DNA of 64,000 bases, taken from positions 1,376,001-1,440,000 of the forward strand of contig CBDCFN010000016.1 in assembly GCA_965216315.1 (NCBI GenBank). The letters run 5' to 3'. This stretch comes from a bacterium (GTDB lineage Bacteria > UBA10199 > 2-02-FULL-50-16 > JAJFLM01). Below are positions 28,512-38,508 of the stretch, piece by piece. Under the pieces are notes generated by a model, which worked only from the letters and a program-made list of their open reading frames with translations, did no database searches and was not told where the DNA came from. The position numbers were made by a program, and so were the translations under genes. The first letter of the stretch is position 1. Each line of letters starts with the position of its first letter.

Positions 28512-29432
28512 ATGAGGCTGTTTTCTTTCGCAATTTTGACCTTAACGCTCTTTTGGCTGCTTCCGACTTCCACCCAGGCCAGCAACAGTTTTTATGCCCG
28601 CATCAATGCCCTCAACGCGGCCGACTATTATCTGATCCCTCTCCGACAACCCCTCGATTCCCTATTTTCTGCAGCAGAAACCTCGTTAACTGAAAATCAC
28701 GCCGAAAAGGAAGTCCGTTTTGTCGTCAATCTGCCACCGCGTCAGCTGACGATATTTGAAGACCAGTCACCGACCCGCAAGTACCCGGTCACCATCGGAC
28801 GAACCCGCTATAAAACCCCCATCGGTCCCCGGAGTCTGTCTAAACTTATTTGGAATCCCTGGTGGTACCCGCCTGACTCGGAATGGGCCAAGGATGCCAA
28901 TGACACCCCTCCCGGTCCACGCAACCCTTTAGGCAAGGTTAAGATCCCGCTCGGGGGACCCATCCTCCTCCATGGAACCAGTAAGCCTTGGAGCATTGGC
29001 CGCGCCGCCTCTCATGCCTGTATGCGCATGCACAACCGTGATATTATCGAAATTGCCACGTGGCTCCAATCCGAATTCTCAAATCATGCGGAAGATCCAT
29101 TGGCACTCAAGCATCGCGAATCCTGGTTTTACCGGAGTTACGAGGTACCACTGAATCGAACGATCCCGTTGGAAATTGTCTACCAGACGGTTGAGGTCGA
29201 TGGTGACGATATTGTGTTATATCCCGACGTCTATAAACGACTCCATGATTACTCCGATGATCTAATCGTCGCGCTCGCGACCATCGGCATCCCCGCCGAA
29301 GACATTGACTTTGATCGCCTCCCCAAAGTCCTTCCAATTAAGGAATCTATCCGCATCCCCATTTTAAATATTCTTCAGCATACGAAACTCTTGGGAAAAT
29401 GCGAAAAAGTCGATAAAAATCGCCCCTGTTAA
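28512..29432 (+). CDS. L,D-transpeptidase (YkuD family)
   Basis: Signal peptide; NPWWYPP, PPGPRNPLG, LHGT...SHACMRM catalytic motif. Confidence 0.93.
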   Translation: MRLFSFAILTLTLFWLLPTSTQASNSFYARINALNAADYYLIPLRQPLDSLFSAAETSLTENHAEKEVRFVVNLPPRQLTIFEDQSPTRKYPVTIGRTRYKTPIGPRSLSKLIWNPWWYPPDSEWAKDANDTPPGPRNPLGKVKIPLGGPILLHGTSKPWSIGRAASHACMRMHNRDIIEIATWLQSEFSNHAEDPLALKHRESWFYRSYEVPLNRTIPLEIVYQTVEVDGDDIVLYPDVYKRLHDYSDDLIVALATIGIPAEDIDFDRLPKVLPIKESIRIPILNILQHTKLLGKCEKVDKNRPC

Positions 29433-29483
29433 GCTTTTCTAAATATTTGACAATAACGCGGTCTAACAGGCACAGTCCCGCGC

Positions 29484-31562
29484 ATGTCGCCGCCTATCGA
29501 GACATCGGAAGCTCGCTATCAAGCGAGTCCGCTCTCACTGGAGCACGCCATCAAACAGGCTCAGGACCAGATTCTGGCGCAACAAGCGCCGGACGGTTAC
29601 TGGTGGTATACGCTCCAGGCCAACGAAACCATCGGCAGTGGTACTATCATGCTGCACCACTTTCTCGATTGTGTCGATCCCGCCGTTGAAGCCGGTTTGT
29701 GCCGACGACTGTTGGATGAACAAGCGGATGATGGCTCATGGAATCTATCTCATGGAGCCACCGGCGATCTCTCGGCCACGATTGAAGCCTATCTGGCCTT
29801 ACGCCTCGCCGGGTACCAAAAAGATCACGCCGCACTCGAAAAGGCCCGCCGATTCATTCTATCCAGAGGCGGCCTGAGTCAAATGCGTGTCTTCTCACGC
29901 ATCCATCTCGCGCTCTTCGGCTTAATACCTTGGAGTGCGTGCCCGGCGATGCCCACGTGGCTTATTTTTATGCCGCTGTGGACACGCTTTTCGATCTATG
30001 AATTTTCGAGTTGGGCCCGCGCATCCATTGTTCCTCTGCTGATTATCATGGATAAAAAACCGGTACGACCGGTGACGTTTGATCTCAACGAATTATCAGC
30101 GCACCCATTGAATGAAAACGATTGGCAGCTGCAAGCCCAATCTAAGGGATTAAGTTGGGAACGCTTTTTTATCGTCGTTGACCGGATCTTGAAGTTGATC
30201 GAAAAATTACCGTGGCATCCGGGCAAAAAATGGGCGGCTAAGGCCTGTGAGTCCTGGGTGCGCGATCACCTCGCCCGTACAGAAGACATTTACCCTGCTT
30301 TGGCCTATGGAGCGATGGCCCTGGGAGCCATGGGGTATTCGACTCGTGATCCCCATTTGAACAAGGCCTTGGCGGCCTTGAAAAAATTTCAGCAAATCTA
30401 TGTCGGCGAGCTTCCTGAAAACAGCGACCCCATCAGCCTCTCACATCCCATTGAAAACCATCCGGTCAATACGACATTGGCTCACCCGGTTGATTCCGCC
30501 AGTATTCGTATCCATCAACAATGCTGTATCTCACCGTTATGGGATACTCCCTGGAACATTACCGCACTGCTCGCCTCGGGAATACCGAGTAACGATGCCC
30601 GCATGCAAAAAGCCGCGCGTTATTTGATTCAACATCAAATTAAGGAATTTAAAGGTGATTGGGCCGTCAAGCGGCCTCGCTCCAATGCAGGTGGCTGGGC
30701 CTTTGAATTTGAAAATGATTTTTTTCCTGACGTGGATGACACGATTCAAATACTCAATATCTTAAAAGATGTGGAATTACCCGAATCAGAAACCAAACTT
30801 GCGATGGCACGCGGACTGAGCTGGCTCTACGCGATGCAATCGGACAATGGAGGCTGGGCTGCATTTGATGTCGACAATACAGCCAACTGGGTGAATAAGA
30901 TCCCCTTCTCTGATCATGGCGCCTGCCAGGACCCTCCCACCGCGGATATCACCGGGCGCATGATCGGTCTCCTCGCCCAATTTGGAGCCAATCTGGCCGA
31001 CCCGGTTGTCAGGAAAGCTTTGCATTTCATCGAGTCCGACCAGCACGTCAGTGATGACCCGGCACTCACGCATTACATCAAAGGCTCCCACAATATGGCG
31101 CCCACGCGTCAATTTGGGGCGTGGTGGGGTCGCTGGGGAGTTAACTATCTCTACGGAACCTGGTGCGTTCTTAGTGGATTGAATAAAGTCGGCATTCCCA
31201 AAGAACATGCCATGATACAACGCGCGGTTGCCTGGCTAAAGGCCGTCCAGTGCAGCGATGGGGGTTGGGGAGAATCCTGTAATGGCTATCTCAAGGATCA
31301 TTTTCTCACTTTAGATCACGGCGTCCCTTCTCAGACCGCTTGGGCCCTGTTAGCCCTGATCGCGGCCGGCGAACATGAGAGTCCCGCCGTGCGACGCGGA
31401 ATTGATTTTCTGCTGCAAAATCAAAATGACGAAGGCGTTTGGGATGAGCCCGAACATACGGGTACCGGTTTTCCCGGACATTTCTACTTACGCTATCATG
31501 GCTATCGTCACTATTTTCCCCTCTTAGCCTTAGGAACCTATCAGCATGTCGAAACCAGCTAA
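29484..31562 (+). CDS. shc: Squalene-hopene cyclase
   Basis: PDVDDT (DXDD), QW repeats (QAPDGYW, QSDNGGW, QCSDGGWGE), TGTGFPGHFYLRY. Confidence 0.93.
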   Translation: MSPPIETSEARYQASPLSLEHAIKQAQDQILAQQAPDGYWWYTLQANETIGSGTIMLHHFLDCVDPAVEAGLCRRLLDEQADDGSWNLSHGATGDLSATIEAYLALRLAGYQKDHAALEKARRFILSRGGLSQMRVFSRIHLALFGLIPWSACPAMPTWLIFMPLWTRFSIYEFSSWARASIVPLLIIMDKKPVRPVTFDLNELSAHPLNENDWQLQAQSKGLSWERFFIVVDRILKLIEKLPWHPGKKWAAKACESWVRDHLARTEDIYPALAYGAMALGAMGYSTRDPHLNKALAALKKFQQIYVGELPENSDPISLSHPIENHPVNTTLAHPVDSASIRIHQQCCISPLWDTPWNITALLASGIPSNDARMQKAARYLIQHQIKEFKGDWAVKRPRSNAGGWAFEFENDFFPDVDDTIQILNILKDVELPESETKLAMARGLSWLYAMQSDNGGWAAFDVDNTANWVNKIPFSDHGACQDPPTADITGRMIGLLAQFGANLADPVVRKALHFIESDQHVSDDPALTHYIKGSHNMAPTRQFGAWWGRWGVNYLYGTWCVLSGLNKVGIPKEHAMIQRAVAWLKAVQCSDGGWGESCNGYLKDHFLTLDHGVPSQTAWALLALIAAGEHESPAVRRGIDFLLQNQNDEGVWDEPEHTGTGFPGHFYLRYHGYRHYFPLLALGTYQHVETS

Positions 31563-32319
31563 GATCGCACTCGTCACCGGAGGCATTAAAGGAACCGGGC
31601 GTGAAATCATTAGACAGTTTATTGAGCGTGGCGTGCATGTGGTGACGAACTATCGCAAGGATAAAGCCAGCGCTGACGCCTTTGTCGCCGAGTTTGGGTC
31701 GGAAAATATCCACGTCATGCAGGCGGATCTTGGCGACATCGAACAAGTTCATGCTTTATTTAATTTTGTTGAGGAAAAATACGGGGCTCTCGACTATTTT
31801 ATAGCCAATGCCGCCGCGACGGCCTTCAAACCATTACTTGAGATCAAACCCCATCATATAGAGAAAACCTTTGCGATCACCGTCACCGCTTTTGTCGTCG
31901 CTTGTCAACATTGCGCGAAACTGATGGAAGGCCGTGATGGAAAAATTGTAGCGATATCAGGCTATGATACGCACACCTTCTTGCCGCGCCATGGCGTCCT
32001 CGGGGCGGCCAAGTCAGCGATGGAAACACTGGTGAAGTATTTTTCGGTTGAGTTGGCTCCACTCAATATCAATGTGAACGCCATTAACCCGGGTTTCATC
32101 GCCTCGACTTCGACAAAGATCTACATGGGCGACTTCTACCAACAAATTAAACGGGCGAATGAAGAGATTACTCCCCGCGGCCGCGTCACCGATGGCAAGG
32201 AACTTGCCGATGTCGTCATATTTCTATGCTCGGATGAAGCCAATTGGATTGTCGGCCAGACAATTCGAACCGATGGGGGGCTCTCACACATTCAGCCCAT
32301 GGCCCAACCCAGTTCTTAG
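31546..32319 (+). CDS. SDR oxidoreductase, FabL-like
   Basis: TGGIKGTG, ANAA, FKP; H-x6-K in place of Y-x6-K; overlaps the shc end. Confidence 0.85.
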   Translation: MSKPAKIALVTGGIKGTGREIIRQFIERGVHVVTNYRKDKASADAFVAEFGSENIHVMQADLGDIEQVHALFNFVEEKYGALDYFIANAAATAFKPLLEIKPHHIEKTFAITVTAFVVACQHCAKLMEGRDGKIVAISGYDTHTFLPRHGVLGAAKSAMETLVKYFSVELAPLNINVNAINPGFIASTSTKIYMGDFYQQIKRANEEITPRGRVTDGKELADVVIFLCSDEANWIVGQTIRTDGGLSHIQPMAQPSS

Positions 32320-32329
32320 CAGCAAAGCA

Positions 32330-33640
32330 CTATTGATCGAGTACCTTCCAGTTACATACAGAATCTTCAGCTGGCTTCACACACATCCAACCGAAGGGTA
32401 ATTCGTCCGTTTTATTCGTGTTAATAATGAAATCGCCGGAACGCCACGTCAGCCCCTCATTCGGTTTCCCGTCTCGATAGGACAGCCACCCTTTCGTCAT
32501 TTTCTGGTCTTCATAGCCCGCGAGTCCGGACAAGGCGATGTTCCGACCTTTAGAAGCTACCGACATGAGCCAAGACTTATCTTCACCCCCGTACATGTTA
32601 GCGAGAAAATAATTATCCTCAGCGCTATCAGATACGTGGAAGGTGGCGTAAAGATGGGCTTCTTCTTGTCCCAATTCAGTTGTCACGGAATTCGCGAGCA
32701 GCGAACACATCGAGCTATTTCCATCCAGCTTATAGGCCCGGTTCCCGGTCCCTGGCGTCCCCTTGACCTGCGAGTGCGATAGGGTCGTATCCTTGACGTT
32801 TTTAAGCCAGATACCATGATTCGACGCGCCCTCTACATTGATATATTCATAGGCGCCTTTTAGTTGCCCTTCGAGGACGACACCATTGGCTTTATTCCCT
32901 ACGGAATTAAGGTGGGTGAGCTGCGAATTACCCGCTGGAGTCGTTGCCAGCAGATAATCCGACGACTCCGACGCATAGGCAATGGCCTCCGCCGACTTAC
33001 CCTCGGCAGTGAGTCCGTTGACCTTATTATACGTCAATTCGATATCGTTTCCCTTAAGCGAAGATCCCTTTAACTTGATTCCTGAGCCTTCGTTTCCTTC
33101 CGCAATAAGCCGCAACAGCTCCATATTTTTTATTCTATCAAAATAATACCCGTCATAAAGGGCACCCGTCACGATGCAATTACGCACCGTCGACATCGGG
33201 TCATCCGTCCCAACGACGTAGATCCCAACACTCGCGTGCTTGCGTGCATCGATCTTGAGGTTTTCCAATACCGTGCGCCCGTCGCTCATAATCACTGACT
33301 TTAAAGGCGCTGACAGGTCCGCCGCTACCACGATAGACGATTTTTTCCCTGCCGCTAACACTCCGGCCACGCGCTTACCGGAGACATTAAGTGTCTCTTT
33401 GATTATGTAATCACCGGGAGGAAAATAAACAATATGATCGGCTGAAGCCGCAGCCAAGGCTCTTTTGATCGCCTGCGTGTCGTCATTTTCACCATTACCC
33501 ACAGCGCCATAACAATGAACACTCCGGATATTCGTCTGGTTAAGCTGCTCACAGGGCCCTGAAGGTAAAGTAAACGCCGCTGCCGCTGATAATTGAGCGA
33601 TAAAAAATCCGATGAGAAGCGCGCCAAAGATCCTCCTCAT
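32330..33640 (-). CDS. Exported right-handed beta-helix (pectate-lyase-3-like) protein
   Basis: Signal peptide; YGAVGNGENDDTQAIKRAL, YFPPGDYII; N..dG repeats; W..GD.I.N...GW.C tail. Confidence 0.85.
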   Translation of the reverse strand: MRRIFGALLIGFFIAQLSAAAAFTLPSGPCEQLNQTNIRSVHCYGAVGNGENDDTQAIKRALAAASADHIVYFPPGDYIIKETLNVSGKRVAGVLAAGKKSSIVVAADLSAPLKSVIMSDGRTVLENLKIDARKHASVGIYVVGTDDPMSTVRNCIVTGALYDGYYFDRIKNMELLRLIAEGNEGSGIKLKGSSLKGNDIELTYNKVNGLTAEGKSAEAIAYASESSDYLLATTPAGNSQLTHLNSVGNKANGVVLEGQLKGAYEYINVEGASNHGIWLKNVKDTTLSHSQVKGTPGTGNRAYKLDGNSSMCSLLANSVTTELGQEEAHLYATFHVSDSAEDNYFLANMYGGEDKSWLMSVASKGRNIALSGLAGYEDQKMTKGWLSYRDGKPNEGLTWRSGDFIINTNKTDELPFGWMCVKPAEDSVCNWKVLDQ

Positions 33641-35565
33641 AATCCCGGCCCTCCCACAATCCCAATTTTCTCTAGTTTATTGAAGGGAAGCCATTCACAT
33701 TTTGAATTCAAGGTTTCCGAGCAATGCCAGCCATAGGGTTCGTCCGCCCCACCATTAAGAATCGTGTCCCCCTTACGCCATTTATATTGCGGATCCGGCT
33801 TTTCCTTGCGAAAGCCAATGACGTTAAACAATGCATCGCTATTGCCGGAATCCACAATCATATTTCTCTTTTCGTACTTAACCGGAACAATCGCTGCCTT
33901 GCCCGCCCCCTCTATATAATTCCCCTTAACAACGTTCCCCACGCCCTCGATATCAATCTGCGCGAATCCACCCTCGGAACTAGAGCCTCCCGAATTAAGA
34001 ATATAATTCCCCGCAACATAGCAACCGAAGCTATCCGGTTTAAGATGAATCGCCTTCCCCTTTCCACCACTCGACCTAAATCGATTGTCCACCAGGCTAA
34101 CAAATCGCGTTTTTGTAGCGACAATGACACCATCACCCATCGTTTCTATTTCCATCCCTTTGATGACCGTCCGCGTTGTCGTACCGCTCACGATAATACC
34201 ACCGCCCTCTTTTGCCTTCACCGTCCCTGAATTGAGATAAACACCGCCACCCATCTGGCCACTATCCACAGCGCCTTGGACCCGAATGCCGGCCCCTTTG
34301 TTATTGATGGCTTCGATATTATAAGCGGCAAAATTGGTGCAGCCATCGAAACGGAACCCGTCGCCCCCATTACCCTCGGACCGCACGGTTCGCATCGAGC
34401 CACTCATTGAAGTCTGACAATGAATTCCATGCCCTTTCGCATTTTTCAGGACGATATTCTCCAGGCGCGTATGCACCCCATTGCTATACTGAAAAAATAA
34501 GCCGGTATCCGCGCCATTCGCATCCAAGGTCATGTTCTCGAGGCTGATCGGGGATTCGATGGAAACAATCATTCGATTGATCGGACTTGAAACGGAATCG
34601 GATACCTTAAGGACGACATCGCTGACTGATTCGCCAACGATAACTTGACCACTCAACGTCAGCGTGTCTGAAATAATATAAGTTCCCTTCGGAAACAAAA
34701 CAGCTTTTGACCGATCGGCCTGCTCCAAAGCCTTGTTGATGGCATCCGTATCATCTCTGACACCGTCACCAACCGCACCAAAGCATTTCACATTGATCAC
34801 ATCAATCACGCTGGACGCGAGCACGTCGCAATCGAGGTCGAAAAAAGCCATAAACGGACTCGCTAAGCGCAAGGCCGCCGTAACCGGCTTGGTGGCGACT
34901 TCAACCGCCTCTTCCTTCACTTCCTCGTTCTTACTTTCCACGGCCTCACTCTCTTTGGGAGGACTCGGCTCCATCTCATTGGGTTCCGCTTCGCTATCGC
35001 TTTGCGGAGGACTGTCCGTAGGCGGGGCCTTCTTTGCGACGTTTGTCGGTGCCGCACGACGCGAAGGGGAAGAGGTCACCGCCCCCAAATTAGGAGCGGC
35101 CGCGGGTGTCTCCGCCTTAGGGGCGGCAGCGAGTTCGGGCTCATTGCTGTAGGGTCGCTCCGGGCGACGGCCTGCCGGCCTAATGATGGGCGGACGACCC
35201 TTCATATTTCTCCAGAAATTTTGGCTGAGCTGGCCGCGTCTGGGCGAGGGAAGCTTTTTCTTTTTGCCCAGCAGCTTCTTGTCCAAGCCGGGCATCGGCA
35301 TACCCGGGGCGAGCATGCCACTCTCGGGCGATTTCACGGTGGGCAGAAATCCGAGGCTGGGCTGCGGCAGCCCCTGCGGTTGAACCTCGCCTACCTCCAC
35401 AGGAGGCTCTGAAGGCGCTTCAGACGGACTAATTTGGTCCAGGGATGGCGATGTCGTCATTTTGACGACAACAATGGCTGAACCGCCCAAGGCAACGAAA
35501 AGAAGAGGACGCAGACCGATACGACTCAAGGCGCTGGCCAGGACCTTCAAAATACTGCTCCCCAT
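33637..35565 (-). CDS. Membrane-anchored beta-helix protein with long Pro/Ser/Glu linker
   Basis: N-terminal TM; FGAVGDGVRDDTDAINKAL, LFPKGTYII; same C-terminal motif as its neighbour. Confidence 0.85.
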   Translation of the reverse strand: MGSSILKVLASALSRIGLRPLLFVALGGSAIVVVKMTTSPSLDQISPSEAPSEPPVEVGEVQPQGLPQPSLGFLPTVKSPESGMLAPGMPMPGLDKKLLGKKKKLPSPRRGQLSQNFWRNMKGRPPIIRPAGRRPERPYSNEPELAAAPKAETPAAAPNLGAVTSSPSRRAAPTNVAKKAPPTDSPPQSDSEAEPNEMEPSPPKESEAVESKNEEVKEEAVEVATKPVTAALRLASPFMAFFDLDCDVLASSVIDVINVKCFGAVGDGVRDDTDAINKALEQADRSKAVLFPKGTYIISDTLTLSGQVIVGESVSDVVLKVSDSVSSPINRMIVSIESPISLENMTLDANGADTGLFFQYSNGVHTRLENIVLKNAKGHGIHCQTSMSGSMRTVRSEGNGGDGFRFDGCTNFAAYNIEAINNKGAGIRVQGAVDSGQMGGGVYLNSGTVKAKEGGGIIVSGTTTRTVIKGMEIETMGDGVIVATKTRFVSLVDNRFRSSGGKGKAIHLKPDSFGCYVAGNYILNSGGSSSEGGFAQIDIEGVGNVVKGNYIEGAGKAAIVPVKYEKRNMIVDSGNSDALFNVIGFRKEKPDPQYKWRKGDTILNGGADEPYGWHCSETLNSKCEWLPFNKLEKIGIVGGPGL

Positions 35566-35614
35566 ACCGGGTATTGTATAGAATCTGCTTTAAAGAATAA
35601 AGGAAAGGACGGGC

Positions 35615-35986
35615 TTATTTGGACCGCTTGGTAACCCGTCTGGCCCTTCTTTTGGCCGTCGGTTTAATGACTTTGGACTTGCTGAGTTGGATCTTGGAGC
35701 CATGTCTATCGACGTGAATCGTGGCTTCGATATCGATTTTCATCCCGGATACGGCCTTGCGGATTTCCTCATGGATATTAATCCGACCGAGAAAACCTTT
35801 AACTTCCTCGGCAATGATCCCCGCCAATTCGGACTTCTTTTTGGCCGCCTGGTTCACCAGATATTTCTTGGCATCACGGGGCAATTTCACCTCACCGAGG
35901 AGACGCGCTAAGCTCTCCTCTGTCATCAACGCGGCCCCGATGCCGGTCATCACAATCTTGCGCAATGTCTCCAGGTTCGAAGCCAC
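35615..35986 (-). CDS. Hypothetical protein (phasin-like N-terminus, basic tail)
   Basis: KIVMTGIGAALMTEE..KLP; GTG start overlaps the upstream stop. Confidence 0.75.
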   Translation of the reverse strand: MASNLETLRKIVMTGIGAALMTEESLARLLGEVKLPRDAKKYLVNQAAKKKSELAGIIAEEVKGFLGRINIHEEIRKAVSGMKIDIEATIHVDRHGSKIQLSKSKVIKPTAKRRARRVTKRSK

Positions 35987-36414
35987 TATTCCCCCAAACT
36001 TTCCGCGCGATCTTTGAATGCCTGCATCAGGTTGGGGAGATTCTTGCCGACCAGCATTTCAGTGATTTTTTTAGGGACAAATAAACCAAAGGACACATCG
36101 ACCTCATAGGTCGCTTCAGTCACGCCATCTTTATCTTCGAGACTCCATGAACCAAAGCAATCCTTAAAACCGTCGCCTTCGACAAAGGTCCAGGAGATCC
36201 CTTTGTTTTGGCTCAGCTTATAATCAAGCGTATAACGAATGGTCTTAATAACCTTGATCTCAAAATCAACCTGAGCTGACTTAGTATTCTTATGAATCAC
36301 CTCAACATGACGCGTTTCGGACAGAAATTCGGGGTAGGCTTCAAAGTCCGTAATCACCTCGTAAACAACTTTGGGTGGTACTTCTATTTCAATAGTCGCG
36401 CTCGCTCCTGGCAC
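35986..36414 (-). CDS. SRPBCC/START (Coq10/RatA-like) protein
   Basis: VYEVITDFEAYPEFL, GSWSL; GTG at 36414 with AAGGAG SD. Confidence 0.87.
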   Translation of the reverse strand: MPGASATIEIEVPPKVVYEVITDFEAYPEFLSETRHVEVIHKNTKSAQVDFEIKVIKTIRYTLDYKLSQNKGISWTFVEGDGFKDCFGSWSLEDKDGVTEATYEVDVSFGLFVPKKITEMLVGKNLPNLMQAFKDRAESLGE

Positions 36415-36436
36415 GAGAACCTCCTTAAGTTCCGAT

Positions 36437-37402
36437 TCAACTACGCATGTAATCAGGCTTCTTATCAAAATGGTGACGGGCTGTAATATAGCGGATCGTC
36501 CCCGTCGCCGAACGCATCACCAGAGAATGTGTCTCCGCACCGCCGCCGAAGAAACGCACACCCTTCAAGAAGTCCCCATAAGTCACGCCTGTCGCCGCAA
36601 ACATGACGTCACCACTCGCTAATTCCTCAAGCATGAAAATTTTATTAATGTCCGTGACACCCATTTTCTTGGCACGCTCAATCTCTTCATCATTGCGCGG
36701 TTTGAGCCGTCCCTGCATATCGCCACCCGTACATCTTAAGGCCGCCGCCGCGAGCACACCTTCCGGTGCTCCACCGATGCCAAAGAGTATATCAATTCCG
36801 GTATCTTTCCAGCAGGTCGCCAAGGCCGCCGCAACATCCCCATCAGGAATGAGACGAATGCGCGCTCCGGACTCTCTGACCTCACGAATCAAGTCCTCAT
36901 GGCGGGGCCGGTCCAGAATAATAGCCGTCAGATCGGATACGTCACAGCCTTTAACCTTAGCCAGTTCCTTCAGGTTAGCTGTCGGGGAGAGATCAAGACT
37001 GATGATCCCTTTACCGGATGGACCGCAGGCGATCTTATCCATGTAAGTATCGGGAGCATGCAAAAAATTACCGTCTTCCGCCATCGCGATGACAGACAAT
37101 GCATTCGGTTGGCCATGCGCCGTTAAAGTCGTCCCTTCTAACGGGTCCAGCGCAATATCGACCTTGGGCGCGCCTTCACCGTGACCCACTTTCTCACCAA
37201 TATAGAGCATCGGCGCTTCATCACGCTCCCCCTCACCGATAACGACGGTCCCATCGAAATGAATGGAGTTGAGCGAATCGCGCATGGCGTTGACCGCCAC
37301 TTGATCAGCGGCGTTATTATCACCGCGTCCCATCAAACGAGCGGCCGCAATGGCAGCAGCTTCGGTCGCGCGAACAGCTTCAAGGGCAAGGTTGCGATCC
37401 AT
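36437..37402 (-). CDS. glpX: Class II fructose-1,6-bisphosphatase
   Basis: VIGEGERDEAPML, DPLEGT, LDRPRH, GGAPEGV. Confidence 0.97.
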   Translation of the reverse strand: MDRNLALEAVRATEAAAIAAARLMGRGDNNAADQVAVNAMRDSLNSIHFDGTVVIGEGERDEAPMLYIGEKVGHGEGAPKVDIALDPLEGTTLTAHGQPNALSVIAMAEDGNFLHAPDTYMDKIACGPSGKGIISLDLSPTANLKELAKVKGCDVSDLTAIILDRPRHEDLIREVRESGARIRLIPDGDVAAALATCWKDTGIDILFGIGGAPEGVLAAAALRCTGGDMQGRLKPRNDEEIERAKKMGVTDINKIFMLEELASGDVMFAATGVTYGDFLKGVRFFGGGAETHSLVMRSATGTIRYITARHHFDKKPDYMRS

Positions 37403-37450
37403 AAGAAGCCTGTTCTCCTAACAGGCTTGCCCAGCTCGTGCAACCGTTTC

Positions 37451-38503
37451 TTAAATCTTGATAGCTTTCATGACTTTATTGATATCCGCCGGCAGGGTCC
37501 GGGGCTTGGCAGCGGTTGCAAAGGCCGCATCAGGGTCTTTCAGGCCGTGCCCGGTCAGGGTGCAAACAACCCGTTCTCCGCGTTTAAAAAACCCTTTCTT
37601 CGCTAGCTTGGCAATTCCGGCCAAGCCGGCGGCTGATGCCGGTTCGGCGAAATAGCCGGTCGTTTCCGCCAACCAGCGGTAGGCCTGCAGTATCTGGCGA
37701 TCCGTCACCGAATCAATCAAGCCCCCCGATTCTTCGCGGGCCTGCAGCGCGGTTTCCCAATTGGCAGGATTGCCGATCCGGATCGCGGACGCGACGGTTT
37801 CAGGATTTTTGACAACACGCCCTTTTACGATGGGAGCCGAACCGGCCGCTTGAAAACCGATCATCTTGGGAAGCCGTTTAATCAATCGCTCCTGCCGATA
37901 GTCTTGATACCCTGCCCAATAAGCGGAAATATTACCCGCATTTCCCACCGGAAGGGCATGATAGTCCGGAGCGTCGCCCAAGAAATCACAAACCTCGTAG
38001 GCAGCGGTACGCTGCCCCTTGAGCCGATGCGGATTGATTGAGTTCACAAGAACACAATTACCCGTCTCCGCGATGGCCTTGACGATTTCCAGGGCCTGAT
38101 CAAAGTTTCCCTTAATTTGAATCACTTGGGCGCCATGCATCAGGGCCTGACTCAATTTGCCCATCGCGATTTTGCCGACGGGAATAAACACAACCACTTT
38201 CAATCCCGCCCGGGCGCCATAAGCCGCGGCCGCCGCCGATGTATTTCCCGTTGATGCGCAGGCGATGGCCTTGGCCCCCGCCTCAACCGCCTTGGAAACC
38301 GCATACGTCATCCCACGGTCCTTAAAAGACCCCGTCGGATTCAAGCCTTCAAATTTAAGATACAGATCGATCCCCTTAGCGAGCTTGTCCGCCAAGCGCG
38401 GTGCGCGCAATAAGGGCGTATTGCCCTCTTGCAGTGTCACAATTGATTTGGGAGCCACTGGAAGGTACTTCCGATACCGTTTGATAACCCCTTCGTACTT
38501 CAA
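37451..38503 (-). CDS. thrC: Threonine synthase
   Basis: NPTGSFKDRG, ASTGNT, PVGNAGN, LTGHGLKD. Confidence 0.96.
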   Translation of the reverse strand: MKYEGVIKRYRKYLPVAPKSIVTLQEGNTPLLRAPRLADKLAKGIDLYLKFEGLNPTGSFKDRGMTYAVSKAVEAGAKAIACASTGNTSAAAAAYGARAGLKVVVFIPVGKIAMGKLSQALMHGAQVIQIKGNFDQALEIVKAIAETGNCVLVNSINPHRLKGQRTAAYEVCDFLGDAPDYHALPVGNAGNISAYWAGYQDYRQERLIKRLPKMIGFQAAGSAPIVKGRVVKNPETVASAIRIGNPANWETALQAREESGGLIDSVTDRQILQAYRWLAETTGYFAEPASAAGLAGIAKLAKKGFFKRGERVVCTLTGHGLKDPDAAFATAAKPRTLPADINKVMKAIKI

Positions 38504-38508
38504 AACAA

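Noticed and set aside
31084..31106. Decayed REP in the second Shc insert (minus strand GTGGGCGCCA..TGGGAGCC)
   Set aside because: Stem too short and imperfect to distinguish from chance
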